Notes: generated by a model from the sequence alone, not told the origin. DNA of 64,000 nucleotides from Candidatus Nitrosomirales archaeon (GCA_049199595.1 JBMCYV010000011.1:7851-71850); one strand, 5' to 3'; positions 15,937-26,065 are shown, counted from the first letter of the stretch. A program made the numbers and translations.

Positions 15937-16875
15937 CTACCACAATGATGTTTCCTGAGGTTTGCATGGATTGGGGCTGCAAGTTCTAGCATCCCATTGT
16001 ACTGTTCCGGCAGACTGAGAACCATCTGTTAATAGCGCTTGTGGATATACGTTGTTGAAAGTGATGCCGCCCACATAGACACTTATCTTAATACCCTGAT
16101 AATTAGTCCACCATGTTATGTCGCTAGCCCCTTGGTATAACCTTGCATTGTAGCCACTAAGCAATTTAGTTTGCGGAGGGGAGAAGTCATAGCTATCAAC
16201 AAAGAACATGCTATTCTGCTTGAGTTGGAAATTACCGGTCTGGTCAGGTGCTTCGGCGGCGAATTGGAAGAACTTCTCGTCCAGGCCGTTGCCACTGTAG
16301 CAAGAGCTACCTTTACACTCACCGAAAAGGAAGTAGGTAGTGCTCTCATAAAATTTCTTCAAGTAAGAGTTTGTTGCTGTAACCGAGGTACTGTCATTCT
16401 TATAGCAGGTATGACCAAAGAGCACCCTACTTTTATCAGAATTAAAGTATGCGTTTCCTGTGATGTGATTCAAGTCGACTTTCTTACATATTTCTATATT
16501 AAGAAATTGTTGTATTTGACCCCAGCTAGTAAAAGCACTGTTTGGACCCCATACCTGATCTGGATTATACATCGACCCATCGGTATCCCACTGATTTACT
16601 ACTTGATATACAAAACCATTGACACCTCCGGTTCCTGAAGTGCCGGTCGAACCTGCAAGTGAAAGCACAGAAAGCAGGTCTTGGCCAGGATTACCATTCT
16701 TGCTGAAAAAGTAATTATTAAACTGTCCTTTATCAATGTGGTATATTGTGGTGCCGAAATATCCATACCCTCCGATATATGGTTGATCCGCATATGCTAC
16801 ACTGATTAATCCTGAAATTGGTAAGAGTATGGCAAAGCTAGTCACAACAATTGTTTTAGTTAGTTTTGTTGTCAT
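15937..16875 (-). CDS. exported Cys-containing protein, function unknown
   Basis: 312 aa. Signal peptide MTTKLTKTIVVTSFAILLPISGLISVAYA. Gly/aromatic-rich, with several Cys pairs. Its start codon shares A16875 with the upstream stop codon (ATGA), indicating translational coupling. Confidence 0.65.
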   Translation of the reverse strand: MTTKLTKTIVVTSFAILLPISGLISVAYADQPYIGGYGYFGTTIYHIDKGQFNNYFFSKNGNPGQDLLSVLSLAGSTGTSGTGGVNGFVYQVVNQWDTDGSMYNPDQVWGPNSAFTSWGQIQQFLNIEICKKVDLNHITGNAYFNSDKSRVLFGHTCYKNDSTSVTATNSYLKKFYESTTYFLFGECKGSSCYSGNGLDEKFFQFAAEAPDQTGNFQLKQNSMFFVDSYDFSPPQTKLLSGYNARLYQGASDITWWTNYQGIKISVYVGGITFNNVYPQALLTDGSQSAGTVQWDARTCSPNPCKPQETSLW

Positions 16876-17501
16876 TATGGTAGCACCTCCACAGTAATTC
16901 CGCTTGATTTACCAACTACACTCGGATATTGAAGATCAGCATCGAATGCTGGGGTTATCTGTATTGTTTTGTAAAGCATTTCATCAGGGATGTTATTTGG
17001 TATAGATATTTTCATACTTATTGAAGCCTTAGAATTAGCTGCTACTGTAAGCGTGGTTGGTGAGATAGTTATGAAGTCATTAACAGAAATTTCTCCGTGT
17101 ATAGGTACGCCTTGAGCTACTAGGTCATCGAACTGCTCGTCTGTTAGACCTGCATGTGCTGAAGGAGCAAAGTTCCTCACTGCATTGTGAAAATTACTCA
17201 GTGTTACCGATTCATCTTTCACATGACTCGAATTCTCAATAGTTATATCAACAGTTATGGTTGCGCCACGCTTAATAGAGATTGTCGAGGGCGTTATACT
17301 AGACTTTATATAATGTGCTGCTGAACCCTCTTCGAATAACTGCTTGGGAGTCTTTGCTCCTGCACTGACTTGAGGCTGTTGATTAACAGATTGAGCTTGC
17401 GTATCATTCAGATTACTCGTGAGTAATGCTATTGCAATTATTCCTATGACGGTTGCCGGCAGCATTGCAGCGAATACTTTTTTATTCATTATTTTCGTCA
17501 T
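16875..17501 (-). CDS. exported protein, function unknown
   Basis: 208 aa. Signal/anchor KKVFAAMLPATVIGIIAIALLTSNL. Beta-rich (Ig-like feel). Coupled to the downstream 312-aa gene. Confidence 0.65.
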   Translation of the reverse strand: MTKIMNKKVFAAMLPATVIGIIAIALLTSNLNDTQAQSVNQQPQVSAGAKTPKQLFEEGSAAHYIKSSITPSTISIKRGATITVDITIENSSHVKDESVTLSNFHNAVRNFAPSAHAGLTDEQFDDLVAQGVPIHGEISVNDFITISPTTLTVAANSKASISMKISIPNNIPDEMLYKTIQITPAFDADLQYPSVVGKSSGITVEVLP

Positions 17502-17622
17502 TAACTAAATAATAGCTGGAGAACTAGATAAGCCTCGCTCAGCATCTAGTACGGACTGTATAGTAAGTATTAATGTTCTATTACTTTGGTCAGCACTGCA
17601 GAAGGTAAAAAGAAATTATTAT

Positions 17623-17898
17623 TTATTCTGCATACAATAGTTTGATGAGTTCTCTTCCATTTTCTGTAAGGCGTACAAGCTTTTTCTTTCCATCAGCAAA
17701 GGTTTCTACAAATCCAAATTTTTCCAAAAATCTTACATATCTGTGACACGCAAAATGATTCGTTCCAGTCTTCATCTGGAGGTTTGTTATGCCTATCGGG
17801 CTAGAGTCAGATAAACTATTCAAGAACCGAATCAGAACTTCTAAATCTATCCTTTTTAATGATATTTTATTCTGAGCCGCCGCTCGCGGCATGATCAT
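17623..17898 (-). CDS. small winged-helix DNA-binding protein
   Basis: 91 aa. IDLEVLIRFLNSLSDSSPIGITNLQMKTGTNHFACHRYVRFLEKFGFVETFADGKKKLVRLTENGRELIKLL has the same wHTH layout as 6516..6803. It is the only non-exported product in the 13.7-24.5 kb array. Confidence 0.65.
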   Translation of the reverse strand: MIMPRAAAQNKISLKRIDLEVLIRFLNSLSDSSPIGITNLQMKTGTNHFACHRYVRFLEKFGFVETFADGKKKLVRLTENGRELIKLLYAE

Positions 17899-18029
17899 GT
17901 GTCATAAATATATAGTTATTACTATTTAAGGCTTCTTTGGCGATTTATGTCCAAGTAAGGTTAACTATTGTTCAGCAGTTGGTGTTCCATCTGATCTCTT
18001 GGACGCAAAAATCCAATCTTTAGAACTTA

Positions 18030-20474
18030 TCAAATTCTACCGGGTCTTTCGGGATCAGTAAAGCCATCAATTACTGCATGGTTGTTAAAGAGTTGTTCAA
18101 CGAGTTCTGTGTCCAGCCGCATAAAACCTTGATTTTGGGTAAGCACGTAATGTAGATCTTTGAGATAGTATACATTTCTGGTCGTTGCACCAACTCCAGA
18201 GTCTTCATGATATGAGGGAAAATCGTACTTATCAGACATTATTTTCCACATGTCCTTGATGTCCAAAGCAATTTCATCGTCGTCATCTTTCCCGCTATCA
18301 TAAATATCCCAAAACACTCCCGCTACTGCCATTTCCTCTGAAAGAAACTTTGGAGAGTTTACCATGTAGTTGGTTTCAAGGTTATACTGCAGGAACTTTC
18401 CAGCTCGTTCGTTCTTGTAGTGTTGCGAGATGGCAGCAGACATGAAATCTGCGAATCCCTCGACCATCGAATCTTCGGTTGTTGGATTGCTAAAACCACC
18501 ATGATTCATGCTATGATATTGACCTATACTAGCGTAGAGATCCTGCATATGGTGTGTATATTCATGTGCTACAGTGTCCCATGTGTACGGATTCCTAGGC
18601 GAACTAGCTCCTTTACCAATCCATATCTTTGGTGCACTTCCATGCGTTTCGTATCCATACTTGCCCTTTGATGTTGTCGAACTGAAGATCTCAATGTCTA
18701 TCTTATCTGGTTGTAGGCCTATGACATCAGTATAAAATCTCACAACTTCGTTCTGCATGGAAAATATTCTTGCCGCTGCAGCTTCAGATTTGCTAGAAAA
18801 TATTACAGGCTCCAATTCTATATCGTGCAAGCCGCCATCAAACTTGATATTAGCAATTTTCTTCGATATCATTTTTGAATTCGAACCATCTATCAGTCGG
18901 AAGTACTTTCCATCGAGTTCAACTGTGAGCGAAAATACGTTCTTAATGTTTTCGATTATAGAATGTAGATCCTGAAATTCATACTTTCCAAAAGCATCGG
19001 TATAGGAGTCGAACTCTCCATAGGGACTCAATATCTTGACCTTCACTCCCTCTAGAGGAACGCGCTTGCTGTCTGGATCTTCGTACCAAACAGAACCTAC
19101 GATCTTATATTCGGATAACGGTCTAGGCTCCTCGAAACGAAGTGTTTTTGACACCCTAAGAACGGGAGAGTTTTCTGTCTCAGCAATTACAACATAGTTA
19201 CCTTCAGGAAATAGGTACGATGGTCTGGTCCAGTGCATCAACTCTTTTTCAAACGCTTCACCGGGATAAACGAGTGTGCTCTTGGCAACAACTGCGTTTC
19301 CTGCTGGATCGATCAACTTTATGTTAACCTTCTCCTTTGGCGGTCCTATCCCTGAGACTATGAGAAGATCATTAGATGCGAAACTGTCCTTGTTAAGCTC
19401 CAGCGTTAGAGTCCTTGGTTTGAATCTGATTTCATGCTGGCCACTCATCGATGGAAGAAAACCGTTGCCACCAGCAAAGCTTGCATAAACTTTCAGGAAA
19501 TTATCAGTATCAAGCTGTAGAGCCTTCCAGTTGATGAAAAACTTCCCATCGTCCCTAGTTACCCATTGTGCAAGTGTCCCGTCTTCAGTATCATTGTAGT
19601 TTATCAGGATTACAGCTTCCTTGATCGCCAAACCAGTCTTCGTTTCTAACTTACCCGTAAATACCAGATCATCATTGTATGTTGCATTGTTCGGAGGTCG
19701 ATCTAGTGTCAGGACAGTCTCTAGGCCTTGTGGCAGCTCGATTATCTGCTTTATGAAGAAGATTAGCATTCTCTGTTCAGAAACCAAGTCTGTAGTTGAT
19801 CTAACATAGACAACGTAAGTCCCCGAATCGTTCGAACTACTCCATGTAACTAAAGTAGCATTGAACTTTCCACTTTCATCTATAACTATCTTTGTTGCAT
19901 AAACAACTGAATAGGCACTTGTCGTTACAAAAACAGACAAAACGTCCTTCGGCCTGCCAGATCCATAGATAACCAACGGTTCATCATTCTTGTACAATTC
20001 CTTGCTGGTATGAACTAGCAGATCAAGCCTTTCAACTTTGACGTTATGCGCTTCGCTGCTAGAACCCGAATAATCACCATGTCCAGCATAGCTTGCATAC
20101 ACGCTGAACGTATCCTTCTTTTCCGACTCCACAGCCCATTTTATGTTGAATCTTCCATTGTCATCAGTACTGCCAGCAGCTATTACATTTGAACCCGTCA
20201 AAACATTCTCGTTCTTTATCATTATAGGAGCCTTTGCAATGCCTTGATTGGTACCTGCCTTGACAAGTCTGCCGCTAAGGGTTATAGTGTCGCCTGAATA
20301 TGCCTTTTCAGGTACGTTCTCAAGTATTATTGTAGTCTGGACTTTCTCCGCATTCGCAGTAACAATGCTGGATGCTAGAAATATGCCAAGAGCTACAGCA
20401 AGGAATCCTTTTATTCCAATCTGTAATCTTTTCCTTTTTTGATAGATAACATTTACCGCAAGTTTCTTTATCAA
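18030..20474 (-). CDS. exported zinc metalloprotease (HExxH) with N-terminal repeated beta-sandwich domains
   Basis: 814 aa, TTG start, signal/anchor GFLAVALGIFLASSIVTANA. Internal repeats (..GDTITLSGRLVKAGTNQGIAKAPIMI..TDDNGRFNIKWAV..VYASYAGHGDYSGS / ..DDLVFTGKLETKTGLAIKEAVILI..TRDDGKFFINWKA..VYASFAGGNGFLPS). Catalytic motif WDTVAHEYTHHMQD. Confidence 0.8.
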   Translation of the reverse strand: MIKKLAVNVIYQKRKRLQIGIKGFLAVALGIFLASSIVTANAEKVQTTIILENVPEKAYSGDTITLSGRLVKAGTNQGIAKAPIMIKNENVLTGSNVIAAGSTDDNGRFNIKWAVESEKKDTFSVYASYAGHGDYSGSSSEAHNVKVERLDLLVHTSKELYKNDEPLVIYGSGRPKDVLSVFVTTSAYSVVYATKIVIDESGKFNATLVTWSSSNDSGTYVVYVRSTTDLVSEQRMLIFFIKQIIELPQGLETVLTLDRPPNNATYNDDLVFTGKLETKTGLAIKEAVILINYNDTEDGTLAQWVTRDDGKFFINWKALQLDTDNFLKVYASFAGGNGFLPSMSGQHEIRFKPRTLTLELNKDSFASNDLLIVSGIGPPKEKVNIKLIDPAGNAVVAKSTLVYPGEAFEKELMHWTRPSYLFPEGNYVVIAETENSPVLRVSKTLRFEEPRPLSEYKIVGSVWYEDPDSKRVPLEGVKVKILSPYGEFDSYTDAFGKYEFQDLHSIIENIKNVFSLTVELDGKYFRLIDGSNSKMISKKIANIKFDGGLHDIELEPVIFSSKSEAAAARIFSMQNEVVRFYTDVIGLQPDKIDIEIFSSTTSKGKYGYETHGSAPKIWIGKGASSPRNPYTWDTVAHEYTHHMQDLYASIGQYHSMNHGGFSNPTTEDSMVEGFADFMSAAISQHYKNERAGKFLQYNLETNYMVNSPKFLSEEMAVAGVFWDIYDSGKDDDDEIALDIKDMWKIMSDKYDFPSYHEDSGVGATTRNVYYLKDLHYVLTQNQGFMRLDTELVEQLFNNHAVIDGFTDPERPGRI

Positions 20475-20520
20475 TAGTCACCACTACCCATTTGCTCACT
20501 ATCATGCTTCCAACATATCA

Positions 20521-23500
20521 TCAGCAGAGTTTTACCGTCAGTGTTGACTGTTCCAGATCCCAACATACGCTATGCAATGATTTTGTAAAGGCTTTTGACC
20601 TGATAACGAATTCCATAGATTCACCGGCACTCAGCGGATCATCCTCCGTGCTGAACTGAATCGTCTTTGTCTCTGTATCTACACTACTCGTCCAGCTAAC
20701 AGGAAGCTTGTAGTCGACCTTATCGATATTATCAAGCGACAGATCTATCAAGTTTAGGCGCAGGTTGCTGATATCACGGTTCTTGATCATGACCTTCATA
20801 GCTTCGCCCTTCTGCACTGTAGTAACCTGTATCGGTTTATCATTTGGCACTACATCTACTTTGTAATTGAATACCTTCTTCATGGGTATGAAGTTGTCAG
20901 CACTTCCTATGCCTATCATACTTACTTGCACTGTATGCAATCCTGCTTGCTTGAAGGTGTACTGGTATACAGCATTACCATTTTCTGTGTTGAGCAACGG
21001 CAGCTCTGCCACTTCCTTGTTGTCCTTAATTACTCTAAAGTCATAGTTCAGGTTGCTCAGCATATTTTCATCGGCAGCAGTAAAAGCTAGTTCAAATGAA
21101 ACTGGCTCGTCCTGCATCACCTTACTTGGAGACCATTTCAGATCAGCTCTGATTCGCAACGACTCTGACTCTTGCACACTCAAACCCACTGGATCAGTTG
21201 TAGTCTGCTCAGTAAGCATGCCAGTCGATGTTACTCTAAGTTTTGCCTCGCCAGAATCTAACGGAGTCCATTTCAGGTTTACTGTTGCAGGCTCCTGTTT
21301 CGATACTAATGTGAACTTTGAATCAGCGTCTGTCCATTCCTGACCGTCAAAGCTATATTGAAGCGCTACTTTGGTTCTGTCGTACTCAAACTCGTCATTT
21401 GCTTGCTGAACTCCAACGGATGCCGAAACTATAACGTTAGTTCCTGTAAGTACTGGTTTGGAAGATTCGTTCAACTCGTTGCATACCTCGTTTGTGCATG
21501 CCTTTACGTTATCAATCCTTATTGTAAGCTTGAGCTTAGCTTCTTCAATGTCGATCAGAGTAGCCTTTGCCCATGTCTCCGGTAGTACAGAAATAGCCCC
21601 TGCAGGCCATGCGTTTCTATACACATCAAATATCCTGACGGAGTTTGGATTTTTACTTTCTGATGGGTGATCGCCGAATGTTCCCTCGGCAATGAACATG
21701 CTGAACGCTTCGCTCTTTGTAAACAACGGAATTGCCACTTCAGCAACCCAGTGTGTAGCCTTCGTCTCTCCTGGTAGATCTGCAACATACACTCTACCTT
21801 GCGTATCGACAGCGATACCTTCAGTGCTTAAATTGTCAAACTGTCCAAGGCTGGAGCCTTTCGAACCCCACTCAGTTACGTAGTTACCATACTTGTCAAA
21901 TTTCTGCACTCTGCTGTTGTCATTGTCCAGAACGTACACATTGTCCTGAGCATCAATCGCTATACCACGGGCATTTTTGAACTGACTCGGACCATATCCA
22001 GCTGTTCCCCATTTTGCCAAAAAGTTGCCCTCGCTGTCAAACTTCTGTATTCTATTGTTACCAGTATCAACTATGTACACGTTGTTTTCCGAATCCAGAT
22101 CCATTGCGGTTGGCTTTGTGAACTGACCGTCACCTGTACCTGAAGACCCCCATTTTGAGATCAACATTCCGTTAGGGTCAAACTTCTTTGCTATCTCATT
22201 CTCCCTGTCAACGATGTACACGTTACCATATTGATCAACATCGATTCCGTCTGGAGTCCACGATAATATAGCGTTCTTGGCATATTCAACCATTTTTACA
22301 TAAATCTGATCTTTGAATATGTGCAGTATCTTCCATATATGGCCGCTTTCGACGATGTAGGCTCCCTTGCCATTTTCTTCAACAAGTTTGGCATCTATAA
22401 TGCCTATTGGACTGTGAGAATCAGTGTCGAAAACTATGTAGTGTTCTCCCTTTGGAATGTCTTGTACAGCGGGCGCTTCCTTAACATCGCTACCCCATCT
22501 CAGCAGGAAATTACCGTTGGCATCAAACTTCTGAACCCTCTTGTTGAACGGATCTGTAATATACAAGCCATCAGACGCATCTACTGCAATACCAAACGGA
22601 GCGCCGAACTCTCCAGAACCCGCACCTTCAGACCCCCATTCCGCGAGGAAGGTGCCCTCTCTGTCGAACTTTTGAACCTTCTTGTTGTAGATATCTGTGA
22701 CATACACATTTCCCTGCGAATCAAGCGTTATGCCTTCGGCGCTCATGAAGTTGCTAGTGCCAGAGCCTTTGGAACCAAACTCGTAAACGAATTTACCATC
22801 TGAGCTGAATTTCTGTACTCTGTAGTTGCCAGTATCTATAACATACAGGTTGTCTAAGGAATCTATAGCAAGCCCATGAGGGCTTATCAACTGTCCCGGT
22901 CCTGATCCTCTAACTCCAAACTTAGAGATGAAGTTGCCGTTTGGGTCGAACTTCTGTATTCTGTTGTTAACGCTGTCGGCAACATACACATTATCATTTG
23001 AATCTATTGCAATGCCGTATGGTGCCTTGAACATACCATCCTCGATCCCAAATGTACCCCATACCTTGAGCTGATTGCCGCCAGAATCAAACTTTACGAC
23101 TCGGTTATTGCCCTGCTCGACCGCGTAGATGTTTCCCTGCGAGTCAGCCGCAATTCCTCTCGGATAGACCATTGCGCCGAACGACTTTATGTAATCGCCA
23201 TCATTGTCGAACATATTCACAGTACCAGTTCTTCTGTCAGCAACGTACACGTCTCCAGAGGGACCAACTATGATAGATTCTGGGCTCTCGAACAAGTCAT
23301 GGCGCTTGTTCTCTTCTTGATTCTGAAATCCAGCGTCTGCCATGCCAACAGAGAGCAAGCCCATAGAGCCGAAGGAGCCCAAGAACTTGCCATACCTGTC
23401 AAACTTCTGCACCCTTGCATTACCTGTGTCTGCAACGAAGATGCTTCCGTCAGAACCCAGTGCAATTCCTGTAGGATCTATAAACTCTTTGAATTCTGTA

Positions 23501-24528
23501 CCAAGAGAACCGAAACTGCCAAGCAACCTTCCGTCCGCACTGAACTTGCTTATCGTTCCACTGTCGCTGTCAAGCACGTAAATGTTACCTTCTGCATCAA
23601 TCTCGAGTCCAGCTATACCAAGCATACCTTTGTATGATGTTGACGCCTTGTCTCTAAGCGAGTCCAAAACATTCACAACTTTTCCTTCTTGATCGAATAT
23701 CTGCACTCTGATATCTCCACCCTCTTCCGCACTGGCCCTGAACTGATGTTTCTCCATTCTGTCCCCAGCGAGTTCCGTTCCCAATCTAAAGGAAGTGTAA
23801 GTTCCATCCCTGAATACCCTGAAGATGTACACCTCATCACCAGATTTGAATTGGTCTCCAACGTTGTTCTTGTCAATTCCGATTTCTACAAAGTCCTTCG
23901 CGTCGAACTTCTTGTCCGGAACATCAAAGATGCCGTAGAGAATGCCATTGCTGTAGTAAGCATTGAAAGCAATATTACCTTCGATATCGGTTGGATTATT
24001 CTGGAACGGTTTCCAATGTTTTGAATCGTACTTATGTGCCCACTCGCCAGAATTCGAATCTATGGCACCATCAACATTAACTTGCAGGAACGGTGATGCT
24101 AGTATAGAGATGCGGTCGGCAACCCTGAAAGGAGTTAATTCCTGATCATAAACCATATACTGGCTTGCATATCTTGCGCCCACAACCCAGATTCCAGGTG
24201 ATGCGTCCTTGCTCAGCTTAAACTCATAGGAGAATAGTCCGATATTATCATCGTTGGGTTCTGGCAAAACCTCTTCAGCAAGAAACAACTTGCCAGTTGG
24301 ATCAAGCACCTCGATCTTCGTAGGAACTTTATCTCTAAACGGAGTTACGGTCCCAGAAACGCTGACTGTTTCCCCCTGCATGTACACATTGTCGTCAAGA
24401 TCGATTGTCATGGAGTTACGGTTATTGTATACTGCAAAACTTTGCGTTGTATATATTGACGCTAAAAGCACAGTCAATACTATTGCCGCAGACAGAACTT
24501 TCATTATTGGATAGTTTATAGCTCTCAA
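20521..24528 (-). CDS. exported NHL-repeat protein (two six-bladed propellers) with extra N- and C-terminal domains
   Basis: 1335 aa. Signal/anchor VLSAAIVLTVLLASIYTTQSFA. Twelve repeats of the NHL type (GIAxDsxgNvYVxDxxNxRvQKFDxxGxFxxxWGsxGxGxGqF). Confidence 0.9.
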   Translation of the reverse strand: MRAINYPIMKVLSAAIVLTVLLASIYTTQSFAVYNNRNSMTIDLDDNVYMQGETVSVSGTVTPFRDKVPTKIEVLDPTGKLFLAEEVLPEPNDDNIGLFSYEFKLSKDASPGIWVVGARYASQYMVYDQELTPFRVADRISILASPFLQVNVDGAIDSNSGEWAHKYDSKHWKPFQNNPTDIEGNIAFNAYYSNGILYGIFDVPDKKFDAKDFVEIGIDKNNVGDQFKSGDEVYIFRVFRDGTYTSFRLGTELAGDRMEKHQFRASAEEGGDIRVQIFDQEGKVVNVLDSLRDKASTSYKGMLGIAGLEIDAEGNIYVLDSDSGTISKFSADGRLLGSFGSLGTEFKEFIDPTGIALGSDGSIFVADTGNARVQKFDRYGKFLGSFGSMGLLSVGMADAGFQNQEENKRHDLFESPESIIVGPSGDVYVADRRTGTVNMFDNDGDYIKSFGAMVYPRGIAADSQGNIYAVEQGNNRVVKFDSGGNQLKVWGTFGIEDGMFKAPYGIAIDSNDNVYVADSVNNRIQKFDPNGNFISKFGVRGSGPGQLISPHGLAIDSLDNLYVIDTGNYRVQKFSSDGKFVYEFGSKGSGTSNFMSAEGITLDSQGNVYVTDIYNKKVQKFDREGTFLAEWGSEGAGSGEFGAPFGIAVDASDGLYITDPFNKRVQKFDANGNFLLRWGSDVKEAPAVQDIPKGEHYIVFDTDSHSPIGIIDAKLVEENGKGAYIVESGHIWKILHIFKDQIYVKMVEYAKNAILSWTPDGIDVDQYGNVYIVDRENEIAKKFDPNGMLISKWGSSGTGDGQFTKPTAMDLDSENNVYIVDTGNNRIQKFDSEGNFLAKWGTAGYGPSQFKNARGIAIDAQDNVYVLDNDNSRVQKFDKYGNYVTEWGSKGSSLGQFDNLSTEGIAVDTQGRVYVADLPGETKATHWVAEVAIPLFTKSEAFSMFIAEGTFGDHPSESKNPNSVRIFDVYRNAWPAGAISVLPETWAKATLIDIEEAKLKLTIRIDNVKACTNEVCNELNESSKPVLTGTNVIVSASVGVQQANDEFEYDRTKVALQYSFDGQEWTDADSKFTLVSKQEPATVNLKWTPLDSGEAKLRVTSTGMLTEQTTTDPVGLSVQESESLRIRADLKWSPSKVMQDEPVSFELAFTAADENMLSNLNYDFRVIKDNKEVAELPLLNTENGNAVYQYTFKQAGLHTVQVSMIGIGSADNFIPMKKVFNYKVDVVPNDKPIQVTTVQKGEAMKVMIKNRDISNLRLNLIDLSLDNIDKVDYKLPVSWTSSVDTETKTIQFSTEDDPLSAGESMEFVIRSKAFTKSLHSVCWDLEQSTLTVKLC
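21775..23631 (-). repeat. coding tandem repeats: 12 NHL units of ~45-48 aa (8 + 4, split by a ~77-aa insertion)
   Basis: Protein residues ~300-918. Units begin near residues 304, 350, 415, 455, 500, 547, 594, 641, then 758, 803, 850, 898. The periodicity is at the protein level (diverged DNA), so this is not a CRISPR or satellite. Confidence 0.8.
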
Positions 24529-24712
24529 ACTATTTATGGTTTTTATTTTCGCTAAATTCTATTTAATTAAATGTATTTATGAAAGATTAATGACAACTAG
24601 TCAACTTTATGATACATAGGTTACGTTAAGTGACGTTATACTGTCAATGAATTTCTAGTTTTGCTTGACTCCTAACATGTATTCGAACATCTGATTACAA
24701 AAAATGATGGGT

Positions 24713-24946
24713 TTAACCTTCAACGATTATCATTGTAAGCGTTGATTTTATACCGCTTATCCTTCTAAGTTTCGTTGCAATTGCTTCTCTAAGTTTTTCC
24801 ATCGATTCCGCTTCCACCTTGACTATGACATCATATACTCCGTAAACTGCGTAAACCTCTGTCACATTCGACGTCTTCTTCAGCTCATTAACAAGGGTAG
24901 TTTCATGGCCCAGCTCGGCATTCATAAGTACTAGAGCTTTTGGCAT
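24713..24946 (-). CDS. stand-alone Lrp/AsnC-type ligand-binding (RAM) domain protein
   Basis: I trimmed the track ORF to ATG 24946: MPKALVLMNAELGHETTLVNELKKTSNVTEVYAVYGVYDVIVKVEAESMEKLREAIATKLRRISGIKSTLTMIIVEG. This is the classic beta-alpha-beta-beta-alpha-beta RAM pattern without an HTH. Confidence 0.75.
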   Translation of the reverse strand: MPKALVLMNAELGHETTLVNELKKTSNVTEVYAVYGVYDVIVKVEAESMEKLREAIATKLRRISGIKSTLTMIIVEG

Positions 24947-24979
24947 AATAGAAACTTTACAAACATACATAAAAATTGT

Positions 24980-26065
24980 TTGCCTACAAGACTTCAAAAG
25001 CCAGAATCGTTTATAGAGCAGAGTAATTTACTCAACACATTGAAGATAACTTATAAGGATGCAGGCGTGGATCTGGCAAAGGTAAAGACCGCGCATAAAA
25101 CCATTGAAAACCTGATTTCTCATACACATAGCTTCAAGGCGGGTACATTATCCGGGTATGGGCACTACGCTGGCCTGATTGAAATTGGTAACAATAAGGT
25201 AATAGCAATGCATACAGATGGTGTGGGAACGAAAGTTATCATTGCCCAGATGGCAGGACGTTTCGACACTGTTGGCATAGATTGTATAGCAATGAATGTT
25301 AACGATATTATCTGCGTAGGTGCGGAACCTATCGCATTCGTTGATTATATTGCCTTAAAGAAGGCGAATGAAAGACTGGTTCAAGAGATCGTAAAGGGAC
25401 TAGTTGAAGGTGCTAGGCAGGCAGACGTTGCAATTATTGGTGGAGAGACTGCCGTTATGCCAGGTGTTATAACTGGGCACGAGCAAGCATTCGACCTTGC
25501 TGGCACAGTAATTGGCATGACAGACAAAGACAAGCTTGTTTTGGGAGATAAGATCAGTGAAGGAGATGTCATCATTGGCGTAGAAAGTAATGGGCTGCAC
25601 TCCAACGGCTATAGTCTGGTAAGGAAGGTCTTGCTTGGAAGGTACAAGATAAAGCAAAAGATAAGTGAACTGCATACAACACTTGCTAGTGAGCTGCTAA
25701 GACCTACGAGGATCTACGTCAAACCAGTCCTGGAGGTTTTAAGGAGTATTGAAGTGCATGGTTTGGCTCACATAACTGGAGGTGCTTTTACAAAACTTAC
25801 ACGCTTGACCAACAAGGTTGGTTTTGAACTTGATAACATGCCAGAACCGCAAGAGATCTTTAAACTCATAAAGAAACATGCAAAGGTCAATGATAGGGAG
25901 ATGTATAGCACTTTCAACATGGGTATCGGTTTTTGCATTATAGTTCCAAGAGGCCATGAAGATGCTATCACGCACGTGTTTAGAAGGCATGACATGAGAA
26001 GTAGCGTAATAGGCAGGATATCTGACAAAAAAGGCGTTTACATTGGTAAACTCAGGATTGCCTAG
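24980..26065 (+). CDS. purM: phosphoribosylformylglycinamidine cyclo-ligase (AIR synthetase, PurM)
   Basis: YKDAGVDL, GHYAGLIEIG, MHTDGVGTKV, GIDCIAMNVNDIICVGAEP and GGETAVMPG motifs. The track start is TTG 24980. An in-frame TTG at 25040 (LKITYKDAGVD) is an equally plausible start. Confidence 0.9.
   Translation: MPTRLQKPESFIEQSNLLNTLKITYKDAGVDLAKVKTAHKTIENLISHTHSFKAGTLSGYGHYAGLIEIGNNKVIAMHTDGVGTKVIIAQMAGRFDTVGIDCIAMNVNDIICVGAEPIAFVDYIALKKANERLVQEIVKGLVEGARQADVAIIGGETAVMPGVITGHEQAFDLAGTVIGMTDKDKLVLGDKISEGDVIIGVESNGLHSNGYSLVRKVLLGRYKIKQKISELHTTLASELLRPTRIYVKPVLEVLRSIEVHGLAHITGGAFTKLTRLTNKVGFELDNMPEPQEIFKLIKKHAKVNDREMYSTFNMGIGFCIIVPRGHEDAITHVFRRHDMRSSVIGRISDKKGVYIGKLRIA

Noticed and set aside
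15722-15982. 86-aa minus-strand ORF between the 312-aa and 670-aa genes
   Set aside because: It overlaps the 3' end of the 312-aa gene, has poor composition, and covers what looks like the AT-rich promoter region of the 670-aa gene.
21775-23631. Regular ~140-bp periodicity that might suggest a CRISPR array or satellite
   Set aside because: The periodicity lies inside a continuous 1335-codon ORF and reflects NHL protein repeats. The DNA units are diverged, and there are no identical direct repeats or spacers.
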